The notes: generated by a model not told the origin, from the sequence alone. Shown: positions 26,197 to 37,231, counted from the stretch's first letter. The stretch is DNA of 64,000 nucleotides from a bacterium (GCA_030690305.1 JAUYHB010000027.1:15670-79669), one strand, 5' to 3'. Translations and numbers: made by a program.

Positions 26197-26631
26197 ATGG
26201 GAAAGAAACGAATTGTTAAAAAAACAGAAACGATAAGCGAGGACGCGGCAAAGAAAGGCGCGGTTCCTTCGATTCCGAAAAAAACTGTAAGTGCCGCGAT
26301 TTTGAACGTTGAAGCAAGCTATAACAACACAAAAGTCGTATTAACCGACACGAGCGGGAAGGTTCTCTGCTGGTCTTCAAGCGGAAGCTTGGGTTTTTCC
26401 GGGGCCAAAAAAGGAACGCCGTTTGCTGCCGCAAAAGTAGGGGAGCTTCTTGCCGATAAAGCCCAAATCATGGGAGTCAACGATGTTTCGGTTGTCATTA
26501 AGGGGGTTGGATCGGGAAGAGAGTCGGCGGTTCGTGGTTTCATCTCGAAGGGTTTTAATTTATTGTCGATAAAAGATATCACGCCGGTGCCTTTTAACGG
26601 GCCTCGTGCTCCCAAACCGCGTCGCGTATAA
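26197..26631 (+). CDS. rpsK: 30S ribosomal protein S11
   Basis: ...ASYNNTKVVLTD.SG....WSSSGSLGFSGAKKGTPFAA... S11 signature. Confidence 0.95.
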   Translation: MGKKRIVKKTETISEDAAKKGAVPSIPKKTVSAAILNVEASYNNTKVVLTDTSGKVLCWSSSGSLGFSGAKKGTPFAAAKVGELLADKAQIMGVNDVSVVIKGVGSGRESAVRGFISKGFNLLSIKDITPVPFNGPRAPKPRRV

Positions 26632-26645
26632 GGAATAAAAATTTT

Positions 26646-27254
26646 ATGAAAATCGGACCAAAATACAAAATTGCACGAAGACTCAAAGCGCCTGTGTTTG
26701 AAAAAACCCAGACGCAGAAGTATGTGTTGTCTGAAGCGAAAAAAACAAAAGTTGAAAAACGGCGAGGGGCAATGAGTGATTACGGACGCCAGCTTATTGA
26801 AAAACAAAAAGCCCGCTACACGTACCTTCTCTCCGAAAGACAATTTTCAAAATATGTTGCGGAAGCCATGAACCGAAAAGGAATGAAAAACGCCGACGCG
26901 CTGTATGAAAACCTGGAACGACGTCTTGATAACGCCATCTTCCGTCTCGGATACGCGCCGAGCCGCCCAATGGCCCGCCAGCTTGTCTCCCACGGCCACA
27001 TTCAAGTAAACGGGGTCAGAGTAACACGCCCTTCCTATCAGATGAAAATCAACGACAAGATAAAGATAAGAGAATTGAGTCTTGCGAAGCCCTTATTTGC
27101 AAAACTCGACGAACGTCTGCAGGGAATCAACGCTCCGATATGGTTCAAATCCGATACGGCAAAGAAGGAAGCAGACATTGTCAGTTTGCCAAAAAGGGAC
27201 GGAGCGGACATGTTGTTTGACCTCAATTCGGTGCTCGAGTTCTACAGTAGGTAG
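26646..27254 (+). CDS. rpsD: 30S ribosomal protein S4
   Basis: S4 N-terminal domain and S4 RNA-binding domain (LERRLDNAIFRLGYAPSRPMARQLVSHGHIQVNG). Confidence 0.95.
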   Translation: MKIGPKYKIARRLKAPVFEKTQTQKYVLSEAKKTKVEKRRGAMSDYGRQLIEKQKARYTYLLSERQFSKYVAEAMNRKGMKNADALYENLERRLDNAIFRLGYAPSRPMARQLVSHGHIQVNGVRVTRPSYQMKINDKIKIRELSLAKPLFAKLDERLQGINAPIWFKSDTAKKEADIVSLPKRDGADMLFDLNSVLEFYSR

Positions 27255-27322
27255 GTTTCTTGCCGAGTTTGATATTTTAAGGTATAATTTACAAGTTAAT
27301 TTTTTAAGCGCAAAGCTTCCAT

Positions 27323-28291
27323 ATGCCGGACTACACCATCGTTTTGCCCTCAAAACCGAAAATAATTTCGGAAGAGGAATTCAAAGGCGTCTACGAAATA
27401 GACGGCTTATACCCCGGGTACGGCCACACCCTGGGTAATTCGTTGCGAAGAATTATTCTCTCTTCGCTTCCCGGCGCCGCTATCACTTCCGTAAAAATCG
27501 CGGGAGTAAGCCATGAGTTTTCCGTTCTTGACGGCGTTAAGGAAGACATGATTACCCTTCTTCTCAATTTAAAGAGGGTAAGAATCAAAATGCTTACCGA
27601 CGAGCCCCAAACTCTCCGATTCAATGTTAAGGGGGTAAAAGAAGTCACGGCGGGAGACATCGAGAAGATGGGACAAGTGGAAATTCTCAACCCGGAACTT
27701 TCTATCGCCAATCTTACGAGCGCGAACGCAGTGCTTGATGTGGAAATGACCGTTGAACGTGGCTTGGGCTTCATCTCAAAAGAAACTCTTCAGAAAGGAA
27801 AAGTGGATATCGGTACCATTGCGCTTGATGCCATCTTTACTCCCATCCGCCGCGTCAACTATGAAGTTGAAAACATGCGTGTCGGAGACAGAACCGATTT
27901 TAATCGTCTAAGAATTTTTGTTGAAACCGACGGAACAATCAGCCCCAAAGACGCCCTTGAACGTTCAATTGAAATAATGATTAACCAGCTCAAGGCCATT
28001 GTCGGATTCAAAGAGGAAGACTTGGAAGAATTAAAAGCGGAAAAAGAAGTGGAGACCGAAGAAAAAAAGAAAGCCAAGGACGTTGACCCCGAAGTGCTCA
28101 AAACAAGAATAGAAACACTCGCCCTTTCCGCACGTACCATGAACGCTTTGCTAAACGGCAATGTAAGAACCGTGGGAGGTTTGGTGCGAAAGAAAGAAGA
28201 CGATGTATTAAACATTGAAGGCATCGGAGCCAAAGGTATCGAGGAAATCAAAGAAGCTCTTACCGCCCTTAACCTTTCCCTAAAAGACTAA
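27323..28291 (+). CDS. rpoA: DNA-directed RNA polymerase subunit alpha
   Basis: ...GHTLGNSLRRIILSSLPGAAITSVKIAGVSHEFSVLDGVKED... alpha N-terminal domain; C-terminal alpha-CTD helix-hairpin-helix. Confidence 0.95.
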   Translation: MPDYTIVLPSKPKIISEEEFKGVYEIDGLYPGYGHTLGNSLRRIILSSLPGAAITSVKIAGVSHEFSVLDGVKEDMITLLLNLKRVRIKMLTDEPQTLRFNVKGVKEVTAGDIEKMGQVEILNPELSIANLTSANAVLDVEMTVERGLGFISKETLQKGKVDIGTIALDAIFTPIRRVNYEVENMRVGDRTDFNRLRIFVETDGTISPKDALERSIEIMINQLKAIVGFKEEDLEELKAEKEVETEEKKKAKDVDPEVLKTRIETLALSARTMNALLNGNVRTVGGLVRKKEDDVLNIEGIGAKGIEEIKEALTALNLSLKD

Positions 28292-28336
28292 CGATAGACA
28301 CGAAAGAGAAAACGGGTATTATATCCTTTTACACAT

Positions 28337-28684
28337 ATGCGACACCATAACGCCAACAAAAAATTAAGCAGAAAAGCCGGACCACGCAGAGCCCTCATAC
28401 GCTCTCTTGCCCGTTCCTTGGTGCTTAAAGAAAAAATGAAAACGACCGTTACAAAAGCAAAGGTGGTGAAACCGTTTGTAGAGCGTCTTGTTACATATGG
28501 AAAGAAAGGTACTCTTGCCGCCCGCCGTCTTGTCATCAAAGAAATCGGAAACGAGGGAACAAAGAAGATATTTTCCGTTATTGCTCCAAAATACGAAAAG
28601 AGAACGGGAGGTTATCTTCGCATTGTTAAATTGGGCAGACGCCTTTCGGACAGCGCGCCTATGGCACATATCGAATTTGTATAA
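28337..28684 (+). CDS. rplQ: 50S ribosomal protein L17
   Basis: MRHHNANKKLSRKAGPRRALIRSLARSLV... canonical L17. Confidence 0.95.
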   Translation: MRHHNANKKLSRKAGPRRALIRSLARSLVLKEKMKTTVTKAKVVKPFVERLVTYGKKGTLAARRLVIKEIGNEGTKKIFSVIAPKYEKRTGGYLRIVKLGRRLSDSAPMAHIEFV

Positions 28685-28689
28685 ATAAC

Positions 28690-29034
28690 ATGAAGCACAC
28701 GATTGACGCAACAAATCAAAAGATGGGGCGCTTGGCGAGTAAAATCGCTGCGATGCTTTTGGGAAAAACAACACCCGCATTCAAACGAAACGAAGTAGCG
28801 GAAATTTCCGTTGAAGTCCTCAATGCTTCAAAAATGAGCATTGCCCCAAAAAAGAAAGAGGATACGATATATAACCGATACTCAGGCTACCCGGGCGGGC
28901 TCCGTCACGAGTCAATGAAGCAAATCATAGAAAAGAAAGGGTACGGGGCGGTACTTCAGGAAGCGGTGTACGGAATGTTGCCCGGAAACAAATTAAGAGG
29001 GGAACGCATGAAGCGCCTCACCATCAGCGAATAA
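28690..29034 (+). CDS. rplM: 50S ribosomal protein L13
   Basis: ...IDATNQKMGRLASKIAAMLLGK... L13 N-terminal signature; GMLPGNKLRGERMKRL. Confidence 0.85.
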   Translation: MKHTIDATNQKMGRLASKIAAMLLGKTTPAFKRNEVAEISVEVLNASKMSIAPKKKEDTIYNRYSGYPGGLRHESMKQIIEKKGYGAVLQEAVYGMLPGNKLRGERMKRLTISE

Positions 29035-29039
29035 ATATT

Positions 29040-29450
29040 ATGGAAACAACGAAAGGAACAAAAGAATACATAGAAACGGTAGGAAGACGAAAAACCTCTA
29101 TTGCCCGCGTGCGGCTATATCCTGCCGGCAAAACAACTTTTGTCGTCAATGAGAAAGATCTTTCGACTTATTTTCCGACGCAAGAATTGCAATTAATAGT
29201 CAAAGATCCTTTTACACAGGTAAAATCGGAAGGAAAATTCAAAATAAGCGTACTTGTTAAGGGTGGAGGCATTCACTCCCAAGCCGAAGCGGTTCGCCAC
29301 GGAATCAGCCGCGCACTCATAGAGGGCGATATACAACTTCGCGGAACATTAAAGAAAGCCGGCCTTTTGACACGCGACCCTCGAATGAAAGAACGACGCA
29401 AATTCGGTCTCCGGAAAGCCCGAAAATCCAAACAATGGTCCAAGCGTTAG
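29040..29450 (+). CDS. rpsI: 30S ribosomal protein S9
   Basis: ...GRRKTSIARVRL..G.......GGG...QAEAVRHGISRAL...DPRMKERRKFGLRKARK... with the Lys/Arg C-terminus ending KR. Confidence 0.95.
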   Translation: METTKGTKEYIETVGRRKTSIARVRLYPAGKTTFVVNEKDLSTYFPTQELQLIVKDPFTQVKSEGKFKISVLVKGGGIHSQAEAVRHGISRALIEGDIQLRGTLKKAGLLTRDPRMKERRKFGLRKARKSKQWSKR

Positions 29451-29518
29451 TCTTTGGTTTTCTTCCCGGATTTTTTCAATTCAATATTGTCGGTTTAGCT
29501 TGCTAAGCACTTTTTTCT

Positions 29519-30094
29519 ATGGATAAAGAAAATAAAAAAAAGGAAATGGAAGAAGAAACGGAATCCATACAGGAATCCGAAGACGTGGTCTTTGAAGAAG
29601 ATCCCCGCGACCTCATAAAAAAACTCAAAGAGAAACTGAAAACGGCCCAGGAAGAAAGACAGGCCTACCTTGAAGGATGGCAACGTGATAAAGCGGATTT
29701 TATAAATGCCCGAAAAGATGATGAGAAACGCAATGTTGAATTGCTTAAGTTCGCCAAGGAAGGCCTGATTGAAGAAATCATTCCCGTGCTTGACAGTTTT
29801 GAACTTGCGGTAAAAAATCCTTCCTGGGGTTCCGTTTCTCCGGAATGGCAGGCTGGAGTGGAACATATCTACTCTCAGCTTAAGAATGTGCTCTCAACTA
29901 ACGGCATTGCCGAAGTTGACCCTCTCGGAGAGAAATTCAATCCTCGGGAACACCATGCCATGGGAATAATTGCTGTTTCCGATGAAGAAGAGGACGGAAA
30001 AATTCTTGAAGTTGTTCAAAAAGGGTATACACTTAACGGAAAGATTGTACGCACGGCGAACGTAAAAATAGGGGAATTTAAAAAAGGTCAATAA
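29519..30094 (+). CDS. grpE: nucleotide exchange factor GrpE
   Basis: Acidic N-terminus, coiled coil, C-terminal ...HHAMGIIAVSDEEEDGKILEVVQKGYTLNGKIVRTANVKIG GrpE beta-domain. Confidence 0.9.
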   Translation: MDKENKKKEMEEETESIQESEDVVFEEDPRDLIKKLKEKLKTAQEERQAYLEGWQRDKADFINARKDDEKRNVELLKFAKEGLIEEIIPVLDSFELAVKNPSWGSVSPEWQAGVEHIYSQLKNVLSTNGIAEVDPLGEKFNPREHHAMGIIAVSDEEEDGKILEVVQKGYTLNGKIVRTANVKIGEFKKGQ

Positions 30095-30132
30095 AATAAA
30101 TTTAAATATAAGTTAATTTTTTATCAAAACAT

Positions 30133-32061
30133 ATGTCAAAAATCATAGGAATCGATCTAGGCACAACATACTCCGCAGTCGCCGTAATGGAAGCCGGTAG
30201 TCCGAAAATCATCGAGAATGCCGAAGGTGCTCGAACGACCCCTTCGATTGTTGCCATGTCCAAGACGGGAGAAAGGCTGGTGGGACTTCTTGCCAAGCGG
30301 CAGGCGGTTACAAATCCCCACAATACGATTTTCGGAATTAAGCGCTTCATGGGGCATATTTTCGAAGAACCGGGAGTTCAGAAAGACAAAGCGGCTGTCG
30401 CATACGAAGTTATAAAGGGTGCAGACGGCGGTGCGCTTGTTAAAATGGGCGACAAACAATACCGTCCGGAAGAAATTTCCGCGATGATTTTGCAAAAACT
30501 GAAAAACGACGCCGAAGCCCGTCTCGGTGAAAAAATTACCGAGGCCATTATTACCGTTCCGGCCTATTTCAATGACAGCCAGCGTAAAGCGACAAAAGAC
30601 GCGGGACAAATCGCGGGGCTTGATGTAAAACGCATCATTAACGAACCGACGGCCGCCGCGCTTGCATATGGATTTGATAAAAAGAAAAATGAAAAGATTG
30701 TCGTCTTTGACTTTGGGGGCGGAACATTCGATATTTCCGTTCTTGAAGTCGGCGACGATGTCGTCGAAGTAAAAGCGACGGACGGAGACAGCCACCTCGG
30801 CGGGCGCGACATCGACCAAAAAATCGTCGGCTGGCTCGCTGACGAATTCAAAAAAGAATCGGGGATAGACCTTCGCAAGGACCCGCTTGCTTTACAGCGT
30901 CTCGATGAGGGTGCCGAAAAGGCGAAAATCGAACTTTCTTCCGCGGTTGAGACCGAAATCAATCTTCCGTTCATTTCTTCGGACGCTTCCGGACCCAAAC
31001 ACCTTGTCAAAAAAATGACCCGGGCAACGCTAGAAAGTCTTGCGGGAGAATTTTTAGACCGCGCCCTTACAATCACCAAACGGGCCATGGAATCTTCTCC
31101 GTTTAAAGTTGCCGATATAAATGAAATCGTTCTTGTTGGGGGACAGACCCGAATGCCGAAAATGATTGAAGCGGTGAAGCAGTTTTTCGGAAAAGAACCG
31201 AACCGCTCGATTAACCCGGACGAGGTTGTGGCTGCAGGAGCCGCCATTCAGGCCGGTATTTTACAGGGCAATGTCCGTGACGTCCTGCTTCTCGACGTTA
31301 TTCCTCTTTCTTTGGGGATAGAAACGATGGGTGGAGTTGCGACAAAAATCATAGAAAAAAACACCACCATTCCGGCATCCCGTTCGCAGGTGTTTTCAAC
31401 GGCCGCTGACAACCAAACCTCCGTTGAAATTCACATTGTTCAAGGTGAACGTGCTATGGCGTCGGACAACAAAAGCCTCGGGCGTTTTATCCTCGATGGT
31501 ATTCCTCCCGCGTCCCGCGGTGTTCCTCAAGTTGAGGTGGCATTTGATATCGATGCAAACGGCATTTTAAGCGTTAAAGCCAAAGATAAAAGTTCAAACA
31601 AAGAACAATCAATCAGAATCGAGGCAAGCTCCGGACTTTCAAAAGAAGAAATCGAACGGATGAAACGGGAGGCGGAAACAAGCGCTTCCGACGACGCGAA
31701 GAAAAAAGAAGTTGTTGAAGTGCGTAATCTTGCCGACCAGATGCTCTATACGGCGGAAAAATCTCTCAACGACTACAAAGACAAAATTTCCGAAGGACTT
31801 AAAAACTCCGTCACGGAAAAAATAAATACTCTCAAGAAGGAGAAGGACACGGATAATATTGAAAATATCAAGTCATCTACCTCCGCCCTTTCTTCGGAAT
31901 TGCAGAAAATCGGGGAGGAAATATCAAAACAGCAACAGACAAGTGGGCAACCTTCGGGCAGTTCCACAGAAAATAAAAATGACTCCGGAAACGTCCGCGA
32001 TGCCGACTTTGAAGAGAAAAAAGACGATAAGGACGGAAAAGAAGACAATACGGCAAAATAG
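30133..32061 (+). CDS. dnaK: molecular chaperone DnaK (Hsp70)
   Basis: [38 protein letters not shown] Hsp70 signatures; 642 aa. Confidence 0.97.
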   Translation: MSKIIGIDLGTTYSAVAVMEAGSPKIIENAEGARTTPSIVAMSKTGERLVGLLAKRQAVTNPHNTIFGIKRFMGHIFEEPGVQKDKAAVAYEVIKGADGGALVKMGDKQYRPEEISAMILQKLKNDAEARLGEKITEAIITVPAYFNDSQRKATKDAGQIAGLDVKRIINEPTAAALAYGFDKKKNEKIVVFDFGGGTFDISVLEVGDDVVEVKATDGDSHLGGRDIDQKIVGWLADEFKKESGIDLRKDPLALQRLDEGAEKAKIELSSAVETEINLPFISSDASGPKHLVKKMTRATLESLAGEFLDRALTITKRAMESSPFKVADINEIVLVGGQTRMPKMIEAVKQFFGKEPNRSINPDEVVAAGAAIQAGILQGNVRDVLLLDVIPLSLGIETMGGVATKIIEKNTTIPASRSQVFSTAADNQTSVEIHIVQGERAMASDNKSLGRFILDGIPPASRGVPQVEVAFDIDANGILSVKAKDKSSNKEQSIRIEASSGLSKEEIERMKREAETSASDDAKKKEVVEVRNLADQMLYTAEKSLNDYKDKISEGLKNSVTEKINTLKKEKDTDNIENIKSSTSALSSELQKIGEEISKQQQTSGQPSGSSTENKNDSGNVRDADFEEKKDDKDGKEDNTAK

Positions 32062-32077
32062 GATAGTATAAGCTTAT

Positions 32078-33160
32078 ATGGCCAAAAATTACTACGAAAT
32101 TCTTGGTATTGAAAAAAGCGCAAGCAAAGACGATATAAAAAAAGCGTTCCGCAAGCTTGCCCACAAATATCACCCCGACAAAAAGGGCGGTGATGAAGCA
32201 AAATTCAAAGAAGCGAGCGAAGCGTACGGCGTTCTTTCCGACGATAAAAAGCGTGCCCAATATGACTCATATGGGAGGGTATTTAACGATGCGGGAGGAT
32301 TCAGCCAAGGCCAAGGACAGGGTTTTGAAGGCTTTGATTTCTCCGGTTTCGGTAACGCCGGTTTCAATTTTGAAGATGTAGACCTCGGGGACATTTTCGG
32401 AGACTTTTTTGGTGGTACCCGTGGCGGGCGCCCCAAACGCGGCCGCGATATTTCCATCGATCTCGAACTTTCCTTTGAGGAAAGTATTTTCGGCGTTGAG
32501 CGAAAAGTGCTTGTAAATAAAATTTCTTTCTGCGAAACGTGCAAAGGAAGCGGGGCCGAAGAGGGTTCCGAGTTGGTAACCTGCGCTCAATGTGGCGGCA
32601 AAGGAAAAGTAAAGAACGTTCGGCACTCGATTTTAGGTTCGTTTGCTACAGTCCAGGAATGTACCGACTGTCATGGCAAAGGAAAAACTCCGAAGAAAAA
32701 ATGCAATGTCTGCAAAGGCATGGGTATTTTGGACAGACGCGAAGAAATCCGCATCAAAATTCCGGCGGGAATTGAAGATGGTGAAGCAATCCGACTTTCC
32801 CAAAAAGGGGAAGCTGTTGCAGGTGGTATAGCCGGCGACTTGTATGTCCGTATCCGTACCAAAAAGCACCCGATTTTCAGGAAAGAGGGTCACAACCTCT
32901 CAATGACCCTCAATGTCCGCCTTACAGACGCCCTCTTGGGCGGTAAATACACCGTACGGACGCTTGATGGGGATATTATCGTCAAAATCCCCGAGGGGGT
33001 GGCATTTGGCGAGATTTTGCGCATCAAGGGCAAGGGAGTGCCTTACGAGGACGGTAAAACGCGCGGCGACATTCTCATAAAGATTGCCGTGGAACTTCCA
33101 AGAAAACTCTCCAAAAAATCAAAAGAAAACATCGAAAAACTCCGAGAAGAGGGGATTTAG
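32078..33160 (+). CDS. dnaJ: molecular chaperone DnaJ
   Basis: J-domain with HPD (AHKYHPDK), Gly/Phe-rich linker, four CxxCxGxG zinc-finger repeats. Confidence 0.95.
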   Translation: MAKNYYEILGIEKSASKDDIKKAFRKLAHKYHPDKKGGDEAKFKEASEAYGVLSDDKKRAQYDSYGRVFNDAGGFSQGQGQGFEGFDFSGFGNAGFNFEDVDLGDIFGDFFGGTRGGRPKRGRDISIDLELSFEESIFGVERKVLVNKISFCETCKGSGAEEGSELVTCAQCGGKGKVKNVRHSILGSFATVQECTDCHGKGKTPKKKCNVCKGMGILDRREEIRIKIPAGIEDGEAIRLSQKGEAVAGGIAGDLYVRIRTKKHPIFRKEGHNLSMTLNVRLTDALLGGKYTVRTLDGDIIVKIPEGVAFGEILRIKGKGVPYEDGKTRGDILIKIAVELPRKLSKKSKENIEKLREEGI

Positions 33161-33277
33161 CCTCTATACAATTTGGCAAAAATCTGCTATAATTGTGGGT
33201 ATAGTGAAGTATAGGGAAATACAGAGTATTCAGAGTGGATTATTGATGATTCTTTCATTTATATTTTAAGTATTGTC

Positions 33278-33305
33278 TAAAACGCCTTTATGGGCGTTTT
33301 TTGTT
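33278..33305 (+). terminator. rho-independent terminator after dnaJ
   Basis: AAAACGCC-tttat-GGGCGTTTT hairpin followed by TTGTTT. Confidence 0.65.
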
Positions 33306-33311
33306 TAATAC

Positions 33312-34082
33312 ATGGCAACAAGTTTAGCTACAAAACCAAAATTAAGGGCGGTACCGGAGATATTTGCCGTGGCTGATTTTCAGGAAGAACAGAAATTTCT
33401 TCCGGCGTACCGTTTATTCCCGACAATTTTTCAGGCGTTTCTCACTCCCGTTATGCGCCTGTTTTTTTACATATTCGGAAGAATTGAAATAAAAGGTCTT
33501 GAAAATCTTAAACATATTCCTCACGGTGTGATTCTCGCCTCAAACCACATTAGCGAACTCGACCCTATTATTATTCCGGCTGTGCTACCGCTGTCTTCCC
33601 GTTTACGGCCTCTTTTCTTCACCTCCAGGCAACGAAAAACATACGTCCATAATCCTCGTTTTAGCTGGCGTGGTTATTTTTACGGAGGCTTATTGTTTAA
33701 ACTTCTTGGTGGGTATCCGGTTATAATCGGTATTCACAATTATGAGCAATCTCTTGCCGCGCATATCAAACTTGTTGACGAGGGCCGCACTGTTGTTATT
33801 TTCCCTGAAGGAACACGAACGCGCGACGGTAATTTGCGGGAAGCCAAAGGGGGAGTGGCGTATCTTGCGTACAGAACCAATGCTCCAATCGTCCCGATTT
33901 CAATTGACGGGTTATATAACATAAACCTTTTTGAGCTTCTTACGTTCAAAAGAAAAATAAAAATTTCTTTCGGAAAACCTTTTTTTGTCATGGATATTTT
34001 ACCTTCGCGAGAAGTTGAAATTCACGACTTCCATATTGCCGCCCAGGAAGTGATGAAGAAGATTAAAGAATTAAAGGGCTAA
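33312..34082 (+). CDS. plsC: lysophospholipid (1-acyl-sn-glycerol-3-phosphate) acyltransferase family protein
   Basis: NHISELD (HX4D) and FPEGTRTRDG acyltransferase motifs. Confidence 0.8.
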   Translation: MATSLATKPKLRAVPEIFAVADFQEEQKFLPAYRLFPTIFQAFLTPVMRLFFYIFGRIEIKGLENLKHIPHGVILASNHISELDPIIIPAVLPLSSRLRPLFFTSRQRKTYVHNPRFSWRGYFYGGLLFKLLGGYPVIIGIHNYEQSLAAHIKLVDEGRTVVIFPEGTRTRDGNLREAKGGVAYLAYRTNAPIVPISIDGLYNINLFELLTFKRKIKISFGKPFFVMDILPSREVEIHDFHIAAQEVMKKIKELKG

Positions 34083-34084
34083 AT

Positions 34085-34789
34085 ATGTTGGACACAAGAT
34101 TCTGGAAAAAATATTTCGAAGTATACGACCTACTCAATATCCTCGAGCCGTATCAGACACTGCTTCAAGATATCCGTGAACCCCTTGGCGAGATAGAAGG
34201 AATGAAAATTCTTGATGCGGGAGCTGGAACTGGTAACTTGGCGATTTTGCTTTCCCGAGAGGGTGCCGACGTTGTCGCTCTTGATTTTTCACAGGAAGGA
34301 CTTGGAAAATATCTTGAGAAATTTCCCTCGGGAAAAACTGTGCTTCATGACCTCACAGAACCGCTTCCGTTCGATTCCGAAACCTTTGACACTATTGTCT
34401 CGAATAATACGATTTACACTTTACCTAAAGAAACTCGTCCGTATGCATTTAAAGAGTTTTACCGAATTTTGAAACGAGGTGGAAAAATTGTCGTTTCAAA
34501 CGTGCATACTGGCTTTAAACCGATAAAAATTTATTTTGCCCACATTGGATGGAGTTTAAAAAACAAAGGTTTGGGGAAAACCATGGGGGAAGTGCTAAGT
34601 CTCTTAGTGCCGACAATGAAGATTTTTTACTATAATTCTCTTATCATAAAAGAGCATAAAGGTAATAATTTTGCTTTTATAGGCGAAAATGAGCAGAAAG
34701 AACTCCTCGAAAGCACGTTTTTCAAAGAAATTTCTCAAAACAAGTCCACGTATGCCAATCAGGCAATCCTTAATCACGCGATAAAATAA
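34085..34789 (+). CDS. class I SAM-dependent methyltransferase
   Basis: ILDAGAGTGNLAILL motif I and downstream motif II/III spacing. Confidence 0.75.
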   Translation: MLDTRFWKKYFEVYDLLNILEPYQTLLQDIREPLGEIEGMKILDAGAGTGNLAILLSREGADVVALDFSQEGLGKYLEKFPSGKTVLHDLTEPLPFDSETFDTIVSNNTIYTLPKETRPYAFKEFYRILKRGGKIVVSNVHTGFKPIKIYFAHIGWSLKNKGLGKTMGEVLSLLVPTMKIFYYNSLIIKEHKGNNFAFIGENEQKELLESTFFKEISQNKSTYANQAILNHAIK

Positions 34790-34843
34790 GCCATTCTAAA
34801 ATGGCTTGTTTTCTAATACAATTTACCTAATTCTCCAAGAGCT

Positions 34844-35596
34844 ATGAAGATTTACAAAAAACTTAAATTAGCAATAAAAGAAGGAGAAAAAGAAGTTATC
34901 TTTGGTGAAACTGAAACTGTAGATGAACTAAAACAAGTTTATGAATTCCGTTTTAAAGAATATTCGAGAAAAGGGTATATCATTCCCTCCCAGTTTCCCG
35001 ACAATCAAGAAAGTGACGAGTATGATAAATCTAGAAAATGTAAGTATTTTGTAGCAATTGTAGATAATAAAATTATTGGAACAGTTCGTCTTATCATTAC
35101 TGACCCTCTTCCTACGGAGAGTGTTTATCATTTTATCGAACCCGTTGAAATGCTAAAAATTCCTCGTGACAGAAGAGGGGAGCTGGGACGTCTGATTATT
35201 GTTCCCTTAGACCGTGAGAAGAAAATCTATCTTCCAAGAGGTCTCGTTCTACTTATGATGTTGGATATGTTGGCTGATTATGGTACACGAAATAATATTC
35301 AGGGAGGGTATGCATTTATTAAAAAAAGTCTTGAGCAAAAAATGAAATTACTCCGTTTTCCTTTTAATCCTATTAAAAAATTTGAATATATTGATTTAGC
35401 GACCAACACTATTCGTAATTATTTTCATCAACCTAATGACCCTGCCTTACCAATTTTTTATTTGACTGTGGATTTTAAAAAATATATTTCAAAAATTATT
35501 TATAATCCGTGGTTGTTCAAAAAAGAAAAAGATAACACCCTAATTCTTAGAAAAAACCTATATTCTTTTTTCCTCAAGGTTCTAGGGATAATTTAA
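34844..35596 (+). CDS. GNAT-fold N-acyltransferase of the autoinducer-synthase-like (LuxI/FeeM N-acyl amino acid synthase) type
   Basis: ...VYEFRFKEYSRKGYIIPSQFPDNQESDEYDKSRKCKYFVAIVDNKIIGTVRLII... and ...ELGRLIIVP... resemble the R-x-x-VF/E-x-D-x-D and GxxRL/ExSRL blocks of LuxI/FeeM-type acyl synthases. AT-rich gene. Confidence 0.55.
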   Translation: MKIYKKLKLAIKEGEKEVIFGETETVDELKQVYEFRFKEYSRKGYIIPSQFPDNQESDEYDKSRKCKYFVAIVDNKIIGTVRLIITDPLPTESVYHFIEPVEMLKIPRDRRGELGRLIIVPLDREKKIYLPRGLVLLMMLDMLADYGTRNNIQGGYAFIKKSLEQKMKLLRFPFNPIKKFEYIDLATNTIRNYFHQPNDPALPIFYLTVDFKKYISKIIYNPWLFKKEKDNTLILRKNLYSFFLKVLGII

Positions 35597-35623
35597 GTTA
35601 TAATGAAAGGAATAATAATTTAA

Positions 35624-37186
35624 ATGGAAAATTTGATTGTACCAATTTTATATATCGTGGTGGCAGTTAATGTTATTCTCGCTTTTGTTATTTTCTCTCG
35701 AGGTCTTAAGAATTTAAAAAATCTTCTTTTTGCACTGATTGCTCTTACGACAGCAATATGGAGCGTTGCTATTATAGGTTTTTTTTCACCAGAATATCGA
35801 AGTTTTTTTGAGTGGATACGTCTAACCCACATCTCCGCTCTTTTAATTGCATTTGTGTTTTTTCATTTTTCGTTAGTTTTTCCTCAAAAAGTCTACAGAA
35901 GTTCATTGATAGCTTATTTATTCAGCATACCCTGCTTGGTTGCTTTATACTTTTTGTTTTTTACAAATCTGATAGTGAGTAACAGTGGTACAGGTGTCGC
36001 ATACGGCATTGAGGGTGGTTATATATTTTATGGCTTACTTTTGACATTCTACTTTTTCTCTGGTTATTTTTTCTTAGACGTCCAGTATAAACGCGCAAAA
36101 ACCGAAGAACAAAAAGGTCAAGTGAAGTATGTTTTTATTGGTTCCTTACTTACTTCTGCACTAGCCATAGTACCTGATTTAATTTTCCCTTTTTTTAAAA
36201 TTTTTGATTATACATGGTTAGGCCCGATATTCACCTTATTTTTAGTCGTGTCAATCTTTATTGCCATGGTTAGATTCCAGCTTTTCAATATTAGAATCAT
36301 TTTAACTGAGCTTTTTACAGGAGTAATTATCATTGTAATGATGATAGATTTATTCCTTTCAAGCTCTACCTTCGACCTATTAGTAAAATCAGGGATATTG
36401 GTATTAATTACATTTTTTGGTTTCTTATTAATAAAAAGTGTTTATAGGGAGGTTGAACAGAGAGAACATATTGAAAAACTGGCGGGGGAGCTTGAGGAGG
36501 CCAACAGACGCCAGGAGAGCCTTCTGCACTTCATAGGGCATGAAATCAAGGGATACTTCACCAAGAGCCACTGGGCGCTTTCCTCAATGATTGACGGAGA
36601 CTACGGAGAAATTGCTCCTGATTTAAAGATGCTTACCACCCAGGCCCTAGACGACACCAGGCAGGGCATTGATATGGTTGATGGTATTTTAAAGGCTGGT
36701 AATTTTAAAAAAGGGACAGTGAGTTTCAACATGAAGCCTTTCGATTTCAAGGGCGAGCTTAACAATGTTATTGGGATGCTTAAGCCTAATATTGAGACGA
36801 AAAAACTGGCCCTCCAACTTAATATTGACGAAAACCAGGATTATACGCTAAATGGCGACGGAGAGCAGATAAGCAAGCACGTCCTAAGAAATCTTATTGA
36901 TAACGCGATTAAATACACGCCTTCCGGAACCATTACAATCAGCCTTTCAAAGAAAGACAGCAAAATTCTTTTCTCTGTTAAAGATTCTGGGGTAGGAATT
37001 AAAGAAGAAGATAGAAAATTGCTGTTTACCGAAGGTGGACGAGGCAAGGATTCGGTAAAAATAAACGTCCACAGCACCGGCTACGGCCTCTTTATCGCAA
37101 AACAAATTGTAGACGCCCACAAAGGGCGCATTTGGGCTGATTCTACCGGCCCCAATCAGGGCTCCACTTTCTCTATAGAGATTTAA
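35624..37186 (+). CDS. sensor histidine kinase with an N-terminal 7-TM-like membrane domain; no adjacent response regulator
   Basis: About 7 hydrophobic helices (aa 1-280), HisKA H-box LHFIGHEIKGY, HATPase_c N/G boxes (LIDNAIKYT, VKDSGVGI, GTGYGLFIAKQIV...GSTFSIEI). Confidence 0.85.
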   Translation: MENLIVPILYIVVAVNVILAFVIFSRGLKNLKNLLFALIALTTAIWSVAIIGFFSPEYRSFFEWIRLTHISALLIAFVFFHFSLVFPQKVYRSSLIAYLFSIPCLVALYFLFFTNLIVSNSGTGVAYGIEGGYIFYGLLLTFYFFSGYFFLDVQYKRAKTEEQKGQVKYVFIGSLLTSALAIVPDLIFPFFKIFDYTWLGPIFTLFLVVSIFIAMVRFQLFNIRIILTELFTGVIIIVMMIDLFLSSSTFDLLVKSGILVLITFFGFLLIKSVYREVEQREHIEKLAGELEEANRRQESLLHFIGHEIKGYFTKSHWALSSMIDGDYGEIAPDLKMLTTQALDDTRQGIDMVDGILKAGNFKKGTVSFNMKPFDFKGELNNVIGMLKPNIETKKLALQLNIDENQDYTLNGDGEQISKHVLRNLIDNAIKYTPSGTITISLSKKDSKILFSVKDSGVGIKEEDRKLLFTEGGRGKDSVKINVHSTGYGLFIAKQIVDAHKGRIWADSTGPNQGSTFSIEI

Positions 37187-37202
37187 CCTGAAGTGGTTTT
37201 TC

Positions 37203-37231
37203 TTGACAAAGCAAGAAAAAGATTATATTAT
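37203..37231 (+). promoter_or_regulatory. near-consensus sigma-70 promoter for the rSAM-peptide operon, followed by a palindrome
   Basis: TTGACA - 17 nt - TATTAT; downstream GTCTTTG-ACA-AAAGAC inverted repeat (37245-37260) and AAAGGAGG RBS before ATG 37295. Confidence 0.6.

Noticed and set aside
29495-29510. CIRCE-like palindrome (TTAGCTTGCTAAGCAC) upstream of grpE-dnaK-dnaJ
   Set aside because: It contains TTAGC/GCTAA half-sites but not the 9-nt spacer of the HrcA CIRCE consensus (TTAGCACTC-N9-GAGTGCTAA). Kept only as a weak possible heat-shock operator.
30564-31247. 227-aa antisense ORF inside dnaK (and similar long antisense or alternative-frame ORFs inside leuS, the giant protein, gltX, etc.)
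   Set aside because: It lies fully inside a well-supported conserved gene on the opposite strand, has no RBS and a low-complexity translation. This is a typical GC-rich shadow ORF.
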